From Azolla caroliniana (Eukaryota; Plantae; Polypodiophyta), in assembly GCA_043228905.1 (NCBI GenBank), contig JBHGNT010000008.1, positions 2,666,001 to 2,730,000 on the forward strand: a stretch of 64,000 bases of DNA. Reading direction: 5' to 3'. Below are positions 37,320-51,656 of this stretch, piece by piece (position 1 is the stretch's first letter; the number at the start of each line of letters is the position of its first letter). Made by a program: the position numbers and the translations under genes. The notes beneath the pieces are model-generated. The model had not been told where the DNA came from. It did not search any database and was given only the letters and a program-made list of their open reading frames with translations.

Positions 37320-40300
37320 TACCTGCTCTTCAACTAGAGCCATTTGGATGCGTCGAAGCACTGAGTGAGCTGCAATTGCCCCTTTACTGACAGCATCTCC
37401 AACATCTTTTTCACTGGAAACACTAGGTTTCCTCTCAGTTCCTATGGCATCGCCATCACGTACAGCTGTATCAGATGATATTGTAGCCAAGTTATCCTTC
37501 GAAATGTGGTTGTGAGGGATATGGGGCCCAACAAAGTGAATGTCAATGGTATTAATGCTATGGCTTGGGATATCAGCAATGAGTAATCCAGTCGAATCTT
37601 GTTCAACGTTAACAGAATACAAGCCAGCTGATCTTGCTGACAACCCAGCCAGCATTTCTATTGGCATTTGTGGATAAGTCAAGTCAATGGTGAAACCCGC
37701 ATTCCCACCTGGACCTGCTGAAATGCCTCGGAGTCTTTTTACTTTCCAATGCTGCTGAAGCCTAACTAGCATTTAAAGAATTCAGTATAGAATTGAATTG
37801 TGCAAGAAATGTACTGCGAAGACGAAATGAATATTGTTAACTTTATTGGGTAAGGGATGAAATTCCTTCCAACCCTGCAGTAATATACCTCATAAGGGCT
37901 CCATAAAATATGGCTTCTCTATCAACTTGTTGCTCCAATGCTTTTGCAGTTTGTTTCAAATATTTTCCAATTTTCTGGAGACAAAGAGAAGCAATGAGCA
38001 GTGAATCTAATAAAAAATGCATATTAACAAATATCATATAGTTATGTAGAGTATGAAGCTATATAGTTGTATAGTTATATAGAATACATTGAGCATTATA
38101 TAGTGTATGTAGTTATATATAGTTCTATAGAGTATGTAGGTACATGTGTACAGATTATGTAACTACATAGTTGTATAGGTTATGCTGTTACCGTGATCAT
38201 CAGAACAGACCTGAAGACAGGAAAGAAGTTTTGACGAGAATTGATAAACATTATTGTTGAAATGAATTGATAAACATTTTTCAATACAATTCCAGTCATA
38301 GTGATACGAGATTTTTCCCCATGTTCATAAAATAGCAAAATATTTTCACCCGAATGAAAGGGAAGGAGATGCTGGCCCAAAACTATGAAACTAAATCCAC
38401 TGCAACGGCTCACCACTAGAAAATGCCTTTGGTTTTGTAATAGTAGCAATCTTCCATGGGAGGATAATGAAACGGGGAATATTCATCCTTCACTACTGTT
38501 AATTTCGAATTTTGTTCTGTTTTTACAGACAGTATGGGACTGATCGAGAAACACAAATGGACATAATACAAAAGATATTGCTGAACATTCTTTCCCCCAT
38601 TAACAAGCTATCTCTTTCTTTGTCACATAGTTCACACAAAGAGCAGGCAAGTTATGAAAGAAACAAATCAAGATTCTAAAATATATAATTGTAAAAGGCA
38701 GATTCAGAAAAAATCCATTGTAGTGCAACTCACAAGGAGAGTAAATAATAACCAAAATACTGCATGTGTATATGTAATGTCTATATATCTATATTCATAA
38801 ATACAGTGTACAGTGCATTCCAGTACCTTAAAACTATGTAGTTTTGAAGCTGCCCGCAATGCTAGCTCTGAGCAAGCCTCATGTAATAACTGTTTTGGTT
38901 TCTGCATACTTGCCACAGTGATAGCATCATTTGCTTCAACCTGTCAATATATTCATCGAAATTTTAAGGCATCCGTGATCACAGTAGAATCCAAAGAAAG
39001 AAAAATAAATTAACATCTTCTTAGAGACCGAAACAAGAGATTACATCTGGAAATGATGTCTTATCTTGGAAAACAACAAATATAAACACAAATAAATTAG
39101 TAAAGCATCGTGAAAGAATGATTCTCACATGAGTAATGAAGTCCAAAATATAAGAAAGTTCTTGTTGGGCCATTTGCAGATTCTCAACGAGTCCCTGCCA
39201 CGGCCATTTTGAAGATGCCTGTGCAGCAGCCTCTTTGGTAGTTTTAGCTTTCTTTGCATCCTTCTCCTCTGCACATCCAAAATCAATGCGTTGTAGAAGA
39301 AAACGCAATTTCTCCTCTGGTGTATGTTCACTGCCGATTAATGAATGAAATGAAAAAGTGTCTATATATTAGATATGCTCATCATACATGGGAAGACTTC
39401 TTCTATAAAATAAACTAAAGATTGATATATAAAAACCCTTCACCGTATCTGAGTTGAGAACAACCATCTCCTTTTTCTCTCCTTTCAAGAATTAATGAGA
39501 AAAAGGAAATTCATGTGTCTGCCTACAATCAATAGGCACATAGACACATATACCAATTATGTGAACTGTGCACATCAACAGGAAAACATTTGAAACCAAA
39601 GTAGTCTAGCTTCTTATGTTAACAAATCATGTGTGTGAGAATCTAGAAGAAAGAAAGAAAGAAATCTTAATGTCTTTTAAAAGACTAAAATAGCCTGTAA
39701 GACCAAACAAGAGCTTACATCTTAAAATACTGCTCGACTTTGAGCGCAACAAACCAAAATAAATGTAATTAAGTAAAAAAGTAAATAGAAATAGAAGAAG
39801 ATGTGACTAAAGAATCTCATCATCTATACAAGTAAAATGCTCTCAAGTCAGATATATTGTAATTTTTGTCTTTGAAAGGTCTCTAGCATAGGTCGATCTA
39901 GAATGGAGAGATCTCCGAAGCAAGGGAAGCACCTGGATGGCAGGACATAATGGCCTTTATTTGTTGATGACAAGGGTGGTGAGATTATGGTCGACGAGGC
40001 CAGGGCCTACATGCACGACAAACTGCTATTGCCTGATATATTGTAATCCCTTTGCAATGTCCTGGTTGGGAGTCCATTTGTATAGCCCTTGATTGTCTTG
40101 TAGCATGTGTAGGAGTGATGGACCTAAAAAAAGTTGGCATTGTTCTTTGTTGATGAACTTGTGCGGTTGTATTGTTGTCTTCAACAACATCTACTTTTTT
40201 ATTAGAATGTGATTTTATAACATTTGCCAAGTGACCCAAATATGTCCTAGAAGCTCTCAAGAGAGCTATTGCATGAAAGGGAGCTTTATACCAACAAAGA

Positions 40301-41849
40301 TATTTGATTCTAAAATCCACAAGGAGACATTCAATTCTGATATTGGACTCTACATGTCGAGCTTTCATTTCAAGAATTTCATTTTGAACTACATTAGAAG
40401 TTCTAAGTCTTTTGCTTTAAATTCCAGAAGGAGGTCTTTAACTTCTAAGTTTTAGAACTAAAAAATAGGGCAGAGATATTGCATTGGGGTACTGAGTTTG
40501 GCTACTCCAAATCCTTTAATTGGGGATACCTTGCATGGTTCTCAGTCTCATCATGAGTGAGTTGATCCATTAGTTACTTCTTGGAGTCAGATCAATTGCA
40601 AATTACGTATAAGGTCTGTAAATGTCCATGGCAGAAGCCTTTATGTTTATTTTGAAGCCCGATAGGGCATCTTGGACTTCAAGAAAGACATATGTCACTT
40701 CAAGTGTTAAACTTTTACTCTCTGCATGGTTGGTATCTGCCATTTGGCTTAATCTTGTGCATGTGTTGATTGTTAAAAGCCTTTTGCAGCTGAATAAATT
40801 GCCAAGTTCAAGAAATTTCCTTGTTTATTAGACTTCTGAAAGTCATCTGACATTTCCATTCCTATACTTCAGGTTCTTAGATTGGCCACCCATTGCATGG
40901 TTGTCACACTTCAGTACCTGGCTCAGTCTTGCCATGTGAGAGCATCTTTTTGGAGCTGAATCAACAGCCAATTACATGTAATTTCCTTGTTTTATTCTGA
41001 ACGCCAGTAAGTACATCTTTCACTTCTATTGCAAAACTCCCAATGTGTACGATGTTTAGTCAGGTTTTCGTTTTGGGGCTGAATGAGTTGCAAATTGCAT
41101 GTAATGCCCATATATTATTTCAAACTCTGGAAGGACATCTCTCTTACTTATACTGTTAAAATCCTGCCTCTTCAAACTTGCACGGTTGCCACATGACAGT
41201 ATCTCGCTCGTATGTCAGTTGATCGATTTTTTGGAGCTAACTCAGATGCTATTTGCTTGTAATGAATGCCCTTATATAATTCTGGGCTGCACAAGAACAT
41301 CTTTTACTCCTAGGTTCGACTTTGCTTCATTTTGAAGTACAAAAGGACATCTTTCGTTCCTACGTCTTTTATTTTGGACTCCATCCAGAGAATTTTTCAC
41401 TTCTAGTCTTTTAGGTTTCAGCTCTAAAACGAGATCACATTTTAGCAGTTTGGATCTTCTGTGTTACACAACAAATAGGTGCTCTCATACTGTAAGATTA
41501 GAGACTAATCAAGACTCCAAAGAATTCCATAACAAAGTAAAATCACAGACTTTACGAACATAAGAGAGAGACAGAGGGAAGGGGGAAATTAGAAATAAAA
41601 AAAGTACGAACAAAACGCATGCTGCATACACAGGGAAGGAGATGCAGAAAAACTAGATATTAAAAATGCACAGATTACAGAGAGAGAAAAAGAAAAAGAA
41701 ATTAATCGAAATTAAGAGGAAGAAAAAAAAAAATTTAAAAATTAGAGGGAGGTGAGAAGCGCCTACGGTGGGAGGTGCTCTGTTCCATTTTCATCGATGG
41801 CGAAGGGGCGCTTCAATGGCAGAAGGTCCAGATTCACGGTACCCACCAT
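34354..41849 (-). CDS. MED17: Mediator of RNA polymerase II transcription subunit 17. Exons 41849-41767, 39330-39129, 38940-38827, 37974-37889, 37761-37323, 36783-36241, 35704-35396, 34656-34354
   Basis: [82 protein letters not shown] and [12 protein letters not shown] match plant MED17 as recalled. GT-AG junctions keep the frame. Confidence 0.9.
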
Positions 41850-41857
41850 GCCTCCTC

Positions 41858-41878
41858 TCTTCTGTCTTCTGTCTTCTC

Positions 41879-41919
<41 letters not shown>

Positions 41920-42170
41920 ATCTCCTGTCTCCTGTCTCTAATCTGAACCCACTCAGGAATCAACTCCTGATTCCTGCGCTCTAATCAAATGAGACCCAAA
42001 ATCCTTCTGTCTCTCTAATCTAAACACACTCAGGAATCATCAACTCCTGTTTCCTACACGCAAATCAAATGAGAGAGACCCAAAATCTTCTGTCTCTCTA
42101 ATCTAAACACACTCTATCAGGAATCAAACCCCCTGATTCCTACATACACTCTAAACCAGAGGGCCAAAAT
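41858..42170. repeat. 7-bp TCTGTCT microsatellite plus three ~70-80 bp units upstream of the MED17 start
   Basis: (TCTGTCT)n at 41858-41940; CTCTAATCT(G/A)AAC...CAGGAATC recurs three times. Confidence 0.8.
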
Positions 42171-43061
42171 CTAATCAAAATTTTTCATTATGTAATAATA
42201 ATCGGGAGAAAAAAGAGAGGATTTTAATTGAACTAAGGGCTCCCCTTGTCGCCTTCCATGATTGGATCGCATCCTTTTGTCGGCATCTATTCGGCACTCT
42301 TTATGGCGTCTCTTTGGTTCTGTATATGGGCCATATTCTCAAAGTAATACCCACATGGATTCGGCACTCTTCATGCGTCTCTTTGGTTCTGTATCTGGGC
42401 CATATTCTCGGAGTAATGCCCACATGGCCCAAGATCTGCTTTTACAGATGTCGGACCAATCACGGGTTCAAATCTCGCTCGTTGCACCGCCCTTTCTACA
42501 CCAGATCATATCGTATATCGTATCTACTGTTTGAATGCTCGAGCAAGAATCCTCTCGCCTAACTACCTAGATGGGTACTTGACATTATGAAATGGCTTAA
42601 GAGATGGCGAGCAAACGATCTATTAGAGCTCTTAGGTGATGTTATGCAGTAACTGATCACCGAGGATAGATTATTAGAGAGAGGCACCAAGGATGAAGTA
42701 GCAAGATGCTACCATGTACCATGTCAAAGTTAAGAGTATTTATTACATTGTGAATATTAACCCCCGATGTTGGCCCCAATACAAGGTCCAAAATGACAAA
42801 GCACATCCGATCACATCTCCCCCCAATGAGCCTTGGCTCTCGAAGAGCCTTAACACTTCTTCGAACTGGCTCACATGAGTTAGGTGTTGTGGTTGCATCA
42901 TGGCATCATCACCCAAAATGAAGATATGCAAAGCATGCAATTGAAAACCTGGTGTAGGATGAAAATCACTTACTCATAGCATGCTCAACGTATAAGGTGA
43001 GAAATGTGATGACTTGTTATACAAGCATGATAATGTAAGTGTCATACTCAAATGAGGTGAC

Positions 43062-43689
43062 TGTGGAGATTCGTTCTTTGAGATCTGTGAGAAAGACCGA
43101 CTACGAAATACACAATAACACGGAAACAAGAAATACACAAGATGCATAGTGTTTTATGTGGAAACCCTAAACGGGGAAAAAAACCACTGGAGAACAGTTC
43201 TTCCACTATTCAATGGAGAATACAAGGGAGATAATATACAACACTCTTTGTACAGAGTTTATCAGCCACACAAGACTCTTGGCGTCTGAGCTCACTCAGC
43301 TATGGCGCCACTCACTCCTCACTCTCTCCCTCTCTTTGTCTACATTGTGTCAACACTCTCTGTTCTACACTATGTTTGCCCTAAGTGTATTTATACTTAT
43401 GCACTGAATGGGCTATTTACAAATGTAGCCTCTACTATTATCTTCCTATTACTATACTTATAACAGTAACAATTAATCAACCAACTCCAGTTTCAACTGT
43501 CTAGTCGGCCTTGTCATCGACCATCCGGCTGGCTCAACTAGTCGGTTGTGTCTTTGACTTGGATCACTTTTGCAACACCGCAGACTCACATTGTCGACTC
43601 TTTCTCAGTCAACACTCCATGTCTTCAATTGTCGACTCTTACTCAGCCGAACAGTCGACTCCTCCCACAGGAGGGACATATTCCTAACA
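43062..43689 (-). mobile_element. Solo LTR (628 bp) related to the 5800-6465 solo LTR
   Basis: TG...TTCCTAACA, TSD GTGAC/GTGGC, shared GTGGAAACCC...GGGGAAAAAAACCAC motif and terminal GGAGGGAC...TTCCTAACA. Confidence 0.8.
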
Positions 43690-43699
43690 GTGGCCACAT

Positions 43700-45250
43700 A
43701 ACTTCCTGCATTATTTTCATATAGAGATTTTTTACTATGAAGTGGTAACTCCCCTTCTTAGGAAGAAATCGCATATAAGATTATATGTTGATTCAGACCC
43801 CCATAGGTCATGGATGATTAAACAACTATTCTACTCTATTTTGTAAATAGTAATGTATCAATTAAGAAAGTCAATATAGTTGGCTCACCACAAGATCAAT
43901 GAGGCTTCCCATGGCATCCCTCATCTTTGAGTACATTGATCATTATGGACCTGCACAATCCCATGTCTTGTACATGCCAGTGCAAATGGCAAACATGATG
44001 CCCATCCAACCTACAAATACCTAATTCCTCTTGTATCAACCTCCATCAAGTCTCTAACAAGGAGAATCAACATAGTAGTAAGTGTTATGAAAATGAAACT
44101 TGTTCTAGCTATCCAAAAAGTTAGTATTTTTCTTTGGGTTCCCAATATGGCATCGTGTACATTAACCAAGCCCAAGCATGCCATATGAAGGGAGTGTTTA
44201 TCCTCCAACCCGAAAATATGAAATGTTGCAAAGACCTCCAATTGCAAAGAATTTGCATTTTATCTTTCTGCTAATGGATGCCAAGCCTTTGTAATGTTTT
44301 CTTGGCACACTTGCAAAGCCTATGTAATGTTTTCTTGAAAGGCTCCCAAAAAACATAAAACGGTCATTGTTTGCAAATGCACGATTAATGCAATGAGAAG
44401 GAAATTCTTACCAACTCTTTATCTCTAGCAATATTATAAAAGATCACTCAAATCAGATGTGTCACAATAGTAAAGAGCAACAAACTTAATGGGCCTCCTT
44501 GTCTAACTAATTCACCATTGAAATGATTCAAGTACTTCCTCCATTATGTACAACATGAGAAGTAGAACCATCCCCAATATACATATCAATCTTGACATAC
44601 GTTCATAGAATCCCATATGAGGCATTAACTCCATCATAAATTACAATTTCACATTATCATAAGCCTTTTCTAGATCCAATTATACCATGATCAACTCCTT
44701 ATAGTTTTCTTAACAAAGTCCACAATCAGCTAAACATTTAGAATATAATGTATAATATCCATTCTTGACATAATCCCACATTGTGCGTTGTGAATAATTA
44801 TGGACAACTATTCTTATGGCAATGACATTGGCAAATTACTTCTATACTCACTCCATTGAAGGAATAAGTCACTATTGCTTAAAAGACAATGGAGATGGAA
44901 CCTTAGGCAACAACTTTATCAAACCAATCTTCCATGATTGTTTCAAACTTTGTGTTATTCATGTAAGGCATAAAAAATTTTGGCGACAGATAATTATCAT
45001 TCTCCAACTCATACTTCATCATATACATCTAATTTCGTACACTACACTCTTTAACTCTACACAAACTCATCCTTATCTCCACCAACATATGCTAATTGCA
45101 ATGGTTTCTTCTCTTTGCTACCTTTTGAAAACAAATCCTCATTCTCTTCTTCAATTTATGCTTCTTCTTTATTTGGATCCAAAAAACTTCCAAAAACCAT
45201 GAAACACTTTCAACAATGGTGATGCTCTAACCTACCACCAAATGAAAGAA
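43700..45250 (-). mobile_element. Highly degraded LINE reverse-transcriptase remnant
   Basis: Minus-strand motifs LDLEKAYDNV (~44650-44685), VRQGGPLSLLLF (~44470-44507) and FANND in place of FADD (~44365). Boundaries approximate. Confidence 0.7.
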
Positions 45251-45649
45251 AAAGAAAAAAGGGAAGAAAGAGAGAAGGAGAAGAAGGACATGGCTTTGAA
45301 TAGAATTCTTCTTTAAATGAAAATCACCATTTCCTCTCCATCTCTTTGAATCACATTATCCCATTCAATATGTTGAAGCACCTCTTGAAGCATATTAATT
45401 GTCAGACTTCAACAAAATAAATAAAAAATTTGAGATCAAGCATCAACTACATCTCCCACCTCTTTAATCCCGAAAGGAACAAGCAATTAAATTGAGAGCG
45501 CAAACTTTCCTTTCTGTGCCAACATAAGATTGTGAAGACACAAGTCACTCCTTTTGCAAGGAATTAGAATGCTCTCTACTAGATGATGGTGCCCATAAAA
45601 ATAAAGGGCATGTTCCATACCATGAGACAACTAAGTGTTTCATACCATC

Positions 45650-46120
45650 ATCTAGTGAAAAATGTGTCATTTTTTGTCCTATAAGTTATATTTGACCCTT
45701 GAGGTTGATAATCAAACTTATTTATCTATTTATTTGTGCGTCTCAATTGGTTTGATAGATTTGAAGAACACTCTCTTCACAACCCCAAGAGCAAGGTTTT
45801 CACTCATACTACATGAAAAATGTTTCACTTTTGGTTCGATAGGTTATATTTGGCATTTGAGGTCAATAAAACCTATGTATGTATGTATTTGTGTGTCTGT
45901 GAGGGTTTTATAGATTTCAAAAAGGCTCGCTTCACAATCCCAAGGACAGTTTCACTCATACTACGTGAAGAATGTCTCATGCTTGGTCCCATAGGTTATG
46001 TTTGACCTCTAAGATCTATAATGCCACCTACATCTATGAATTTATTCATGCATTTGTGTAGGTTTTAAAGATTTCGTGAAGGTTCTCTTCACATCCCAAA
46101 GGACAAAACTTCAAAAAATA
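45650..46120. repeat. Three degenerate ~158-bp tandem units
   Basis: TGAAAAATGT...ATAGGTTATATTTG...GATTT...CTCTTCACA...TTTCACTCATACTAC repeated. Confidence 0.7.
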
Positions 46121-46199
46121 ATGAAAAACATGGAATATCCACATGCATGAAAGCAATGGATGAGGCACTTGTCATCGCAAGTAAGATGTACATTGAAGA

Positions 46200-47046
46200 C
46201 ATACAAAGGCTTTCCTAAGGTACATGGTCTAATAGCTTATGCAAGGCAATGGAGACCAATCATGTTGCTCAACGCAATCTATAGGATTTTTGCCAATATT
46301 CTAGCCAAGAGGGTCAAACCCCACTTGCATGCACTAATTAATGTTGGACAAATAGGATCCATGGAAAACAAATGCATAACTTGTTGACCTTTTGGGAGGC
46401 AATTGCCTTGGCAAAGAAAACAAATCAACATATTGCATGTCTCATGCTTGACTTTGAGAAGACATATGACACAGTACAATGGCCCTTTTTAGATAAAGTT
46501 ATGGAGAGGTTAGGACTACCCTCCAAATGGAGATTGGATGCGCTAGCCCTTTACAAAGCAAGTTTGAGTAGGGTGTTGGTGTTAGGGCATCGGGGCCCAC
46601 CAATTCCATTATGCGGGTCTGTCAGGCAGGGGTGCCCATTGACCCCCTACCTTTATTTATTTATTTCATAGGCATTCTCGTTCTTGTTAAACAAACTGGA
46701 TGCAGGAATAAGGGGATTAGTTGTCCCACATGCAAGCACGGAGTTGTTGGACTCGGCGTATGCAGATGACACTATGCTCTATATGTAAGGCAATGATGCT
46801 AATTTACAGCAAGCCGAAGAGAAGGATTGAGTTGTTTTGTAAAGCGTTAGGAGGGAACATTAATTGGAACAAAAGCAAAGGATTCTGGGTAAGTCCAAAC
46901 CCATGGCCTCTTTGGTGCCCTAATGCTAATTTTCAATGGGTCCCCAATGGAACGACAGTTAAATATTTGGGTTTTTTGGTGGGAGTTGTAAAGAATCAAG
47001 AGATGGATTCTATGCAACGGAATAGATATGAACTCTGTGTGTGTAT

Positions 47047-47077
<31 letters not shown>

Positions 47078-48890
47078 AAAGACAAGGAGTAAGACAGAGA
47101 GAATACGCAAGGTAAAGTATATTAACAAATGAGAAAGACTCAACAACAATACAAGGTGGGAGGAGGGTGCTTTATATAGTCACCCTCTCTATTCATTAAC
47201 TACAAGACTCATGGAGCATGGGGAATGTGAAAGCTCATAAGTCATGTGTCATATAATATGATTCTATGACTCATACTAAATGCTAGAATACAAAGTGGTG
47301 ACATAATGGTGACTCTTGACCGTTGGAGTGTCTATTCACTCTCAAGGTGAGTTCACACACTAGACCAAGTTGAGCTTGATTCTCAACAGGAGTTCAAACA
47401 CCTAAACATCAACAGCTTGAGCAAGTGAAAGAAAAAATCAGAAAAAGCTTTGGTGATGGGCATCAATAAAGCTTTCTCTTGTAGGTAGGGTGGTCGTGGT
47501 AAACCACATTTTGTTGGTCATCATGTGGCACTCGGTGGCATGCTAGATGTTAGACAAAGCTTGCATCAAAAACATTAAGGCAATGGTGAGAGGGTTCCTT
47601 TGGTCGGGTAGAGACGACATCAGCTAAAGTGGCATGGAGTTATTTGATCAAGGCGAAAAACCAGGGTGGACTTGGGTTGGTAGATCCAGTTCACCAAAGT
47701 AAGGCTTTACTCGGTAAGCTACTAGTGCGAAGTCTACAACCTGAACCTGAATTGTGGAAGATGCTTCTTAGGGACAGAGCTGACCTCTGGTGTCGGAGGA
47801 ATGGTGGCCCTTAGAAGGCAAAGATGTGGTGGTTGTCCAGTCCAGGTCTAAAGTCGAACGAATCGGCTAGGATGGATGATAGGGTGGCCATAATGAGGGC
47901 ATGGTCAAGTGTAAGAGAAGGGTTGGTCTTAATGCAACAGAAAACGTTAGAGGAACAACTTCGACAATCACTGATTTGGAACCCCATGATTAGCAACGAG
48001 GACGAAAAAATATTTGCCATGGAGGCGCATGTTAGGGTACAATGTTAGTTCAATAAGAGATTGGGAGGTTTCGAAATGAAGAGGAGCGAGGTCAGACTGG
48101 TAGCAGTATGTTTATTGGCAGGTTAGAAAAGGTGCCCCAACGAATAGATAAGGTTGTTGATGGTCTAGATACTAGCTTGAATGAAGAAGAGGGGGCTTGG
48201 TCTGTGTGGTTTGTAGTTGAGGGTGATGCACAAATTATCTATGGCAGGTGCCCAACTAATGAGTATCGCTTGTGGGAAAACCTAAGTGCTTTGTTCGACA
48301 ATGGTCAGTGGTTGGCAATGCGGGTGGCAATGTTGGAAGGTAAGAAGTGGCAAGTGAACCCGGACCAAGGGAAGTTGGATAATGATACTTCACTATTTTG
48401 GGAATTATGCAAAGGCGATCAACATTTGGGGTAGAAGTCTCAGGATAGTGGCAGCATGCGGTGTGAATGGGAGAGTTGTGTGGGGATCCTTACAAGGTTT
48501 GAAGTTAACATGGGAAGGCTGGCGGAACAAATAAACCCACATGGTCATGGATTTATAGTGCAGGACGACAGCCTGTTCCAATGTGCTGGAGTGTAACCTA
48601 GCACAAACTCTGCATTTTTTTAGGAGATATGGATGTTGGTGGCATGCTTATCGGTCTGGCACATTTGGACCAGGAACTGTACGTTTGTTGTTTAGCAGCA
48701 AAAGCTCCCAAGTGGTGAGGTGTTGCTAAACATTTGGTTTGAGATGGTTCCTTGGTTGCATGGACGATACGACTCAATGCAAGGGGACTCAGATGAAGCA
48801 GAAAGGGCTCAATCAAAGTTTCTCCAATGATGGTAAAATCATTGTCAAGGCCTAAATGGAACTACCAAGCACCCAGATGGTTGTTTCCGC
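46200..48890 (+). mobile_element. Degenerate L1/Tx1-like LINE ORF2 (RT and C-terminal part), interrupted by a solo LTR
   Basis: WRPIMLLNAIYRIFA, LDFEKTYDTVQW, VRQGCPLTPYLY, YADDT, KYLGF, GGLGLVD. Stops and frameshifts. Confidence 0.9.
46987..47388 (-). mobile_element. Solo LTR (402 bp), copia-like, inside the LINE
   Basis: TGTAAAG...CTCAACA with perfect TSD GGAGT; terminal GTTGAGCTTGATTCTCAACA is like the 24100-24540 element. Confidence 0.9.
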
Positions 48891-49223
48891 CAATGGCTTC
48901 CATTAGTTTTTCATTCAATCTTTTGTTTCCTTTTTTGTTCTATCATTTGAAAATCCCCCATCTAATGTACCAAACTGACATCCAATGTACCAAAAACATG
49001 ATAAAGTGTCACTTACAAGGCCATTACACATGATTATCATGATTTCCTACAAAGTTTTACTAGCTTTCAAGAACTTTCAATGAAGATGGAATCATCATTA
49101 AAAGACACCGCAAAACGAAACTCATGGAAGATCAAAGCAATGGAATTTGGCAACTAACTTCGTTTTTCATTCCAACTTTTATTTCCTTTTTTATTCTACC
49201 ATTTGAAAATCCCCCATCATTGG

Positions 49224-49507
49224 TCCCATGGATCATGTTGTTCCCTTGTGGGTGTTATTATACCATACATTAACAATGTGAGTGAGTGTGTGTATTAAAG
49301 AAAAGAGGTTCAAGTTTTTTTACTTTCTTCCTGAGCATTATGTGAATGCACTTTCCTTGCTCTCCCATGGATCATGTTGTTCCCTTGTGGGTGTTATTAT
49401 ACCATACATTAACAATGTGAGTGAGTGTGTGTATCAAAGAAAAGAGGTTCAAGTTTTTTTACTTTCTTCCTGAGCATTATGTGAATGCACTTTCCTTGCT
49501 CTCCCAT
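49224..49507. repeat. 139-bp near-perfect tandem duplication
   Basis: TCCCATGGATCATGTTG... at 49224 and 49363. Confidence 0.93.
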
Positions 49508-50843
49508 TGCATGCATAATATGGAGTTTCCAAGACTTATCCATATTCTCTGCTCTCTTCCTCTTGCATAATTGGACCTAGTCCCGTTGTTGGATTAAGAG
49601 CATATATGAGGATGGTTTGTCATTTGTGACACAAGGAATGTGAAAACAAAAGTGTGAAATTGTGAGACCCAACACCATTTTTACACTTATTGACCATTCC
49701 TTTCCTAATAAATGTAAATAAGTAGAGAATATCGCTCTATGCTATATAATTGACATTTAATGCAAGTGGTGGAGGGGCTTGGTTTAAATAAGACATATGT
49801 TACTATGTATGTATAAGTCTATGTAGAACTTAGAATTTAGGATCCATCTAGTAACAAATGGGAGAGTATATGGGACATCTAGAATATCCCCTTCATTAAT
49901 ACAAAGGTCTCTTCTACTCATTAAGTAAATTGTGGACTTTAATACAACATGCCCCAAGGAGTATGTGTGCACTCACAAGGTATGTAATTGAGTTGGCCAT
50001 CACAACCACCCATTCTTGATAGTCATTGAACCAAGTCGACATTTTCCTATAAATTTGCAATTACATATAATATGTTTATCCATTATGGGGTCATCACAAG
50101 GTCTTTCTGTTAAGATTTCTTCTTGATAGGTGAAGCTTCTCCAAGTGTTGTTCCAAGAAGTTCTTCTAACCTACCCCTCATCAAGGGATACACAATTGAT
50201 TAATTGGTCCTTTTGGAGTACTTTTCATACATAACCATGCTACCACATTCAAATTAATAGTTGCACACGTTAATCAATAATAAGTATGTATTTTGGGGAG
50301 TAAGGAATTGTGACAATTAATGTGATTAAGTGTGAAACACTCATTGTTAGTTATTTTGGTAGTTGTGACATGTTTGTTGATTTCTTATCTTAGCAATGTT
50401 GCCGATTACGATAACAAAATGTGAATATGTGCATTGGTGTAGAATCATATGTGAATCGTAATTAATATCATTTGAGTTTCTAATTTTCTTACCATCACTC
50501 GTCACGTGGATCTAAATTTAGCCACTATATTTGTATGAAGTTGTTCCAGATTTCTTATGGATCAAACACATTGGGTTTGGTAACCTTTCTAATGGCCTAT
50601 GGGTTTGATTGTTGATCAAGCCTCTAATATCATGACGAATAACATTATTGCAATAATGTGCAACACATCATTGATGCCATCGCATGTATGTTTGATGTCA
50701 TTGCAATTCGTGACATGACCACATTTCGAAGTTGAGATTTTGCTTAAACATGAGCTGCAACAAATATATGGATCCACATATTAACTCATTATAAAATATC
50801 AAAACATATTGTTTGTGTTGTTACTTAATTCTTAATTTTTATT

Positions 50844-51656
50844 AGCCGGCTACTGCAAAGGTCTCGCACACATATCAAGTTCCTCACACAATTATCACCA
50901 AGTTTTGGGAGAAAATCTGGAAACAACAACACGTGAGGCGAATTACCACGTTCCAATGGCTATTAATACATAAGTCACTACCGGTGGGAGCATGGCAATG
51001 TGGGAACCTTAGCTCTCCTAATTGTGTAGAGTGTCCAAATGCAGTAGAATCAATACGACACGCTCTATGGGACTGCCCAGCGTCCCATCGAATATGGCGG
51101 GGGGTTGGCCGCGTGTTGCAATTATGCCAGGTGCAAGGCTCAATCAAGTGGGGAAATATATGTTGGCTATCATGGCACACCCCAGTTGGCAGATATGAGC
51201 ATCAGGAGGAGGGGATGACTTTGGTGATAAAAGCACAAGAGGTTTTTTTCTCCACCATCAGCAATGTCCACTCAACTCCTCTTAATGACAAATCTCAAGT
51301 TGTGTTGGGATTGTCAGCCCAATAACTCTTTGGATTCTATGGAAACAACGGTGTAGACGGGGGTCTTCTCCAACCAAATGGCACATCCCACAATGTTACT
51401 GCAAGAGATATGGAGTGAAATTGTAGCCACTCTAAAGAGCCAATATGATGACCTCCAGGGCACCTCCGATGGAGTTGAAAGACAACGAATAGCCTTCATC
51501 CAACAATGGTCGTCCTCTCCCTTTCTTGAGTCAGTGGGCATCCACATAAGATGGAACTATCGCATCCCTACATGGATTTGTACATAATTATCTCATTTGT
51601 AAAATTTTATAACTAATGGAAGGAGTTTTTCTTTTGGATAAAATAAAATAAAAAAA
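50844..51656 (+). mobile_element. 5'-truncated LINE insertion (zf-RVT end) with A-rich tail and 14-bp TSD
   Basis: FQWLLIHKSLP...CVECPNAVESIRHALWDC; tail ATAAAATAAAATAAAAAAA; TSD TCTTAATTTTTATT at 50830-50843 and 51657-51670. Confidence 0.9.
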
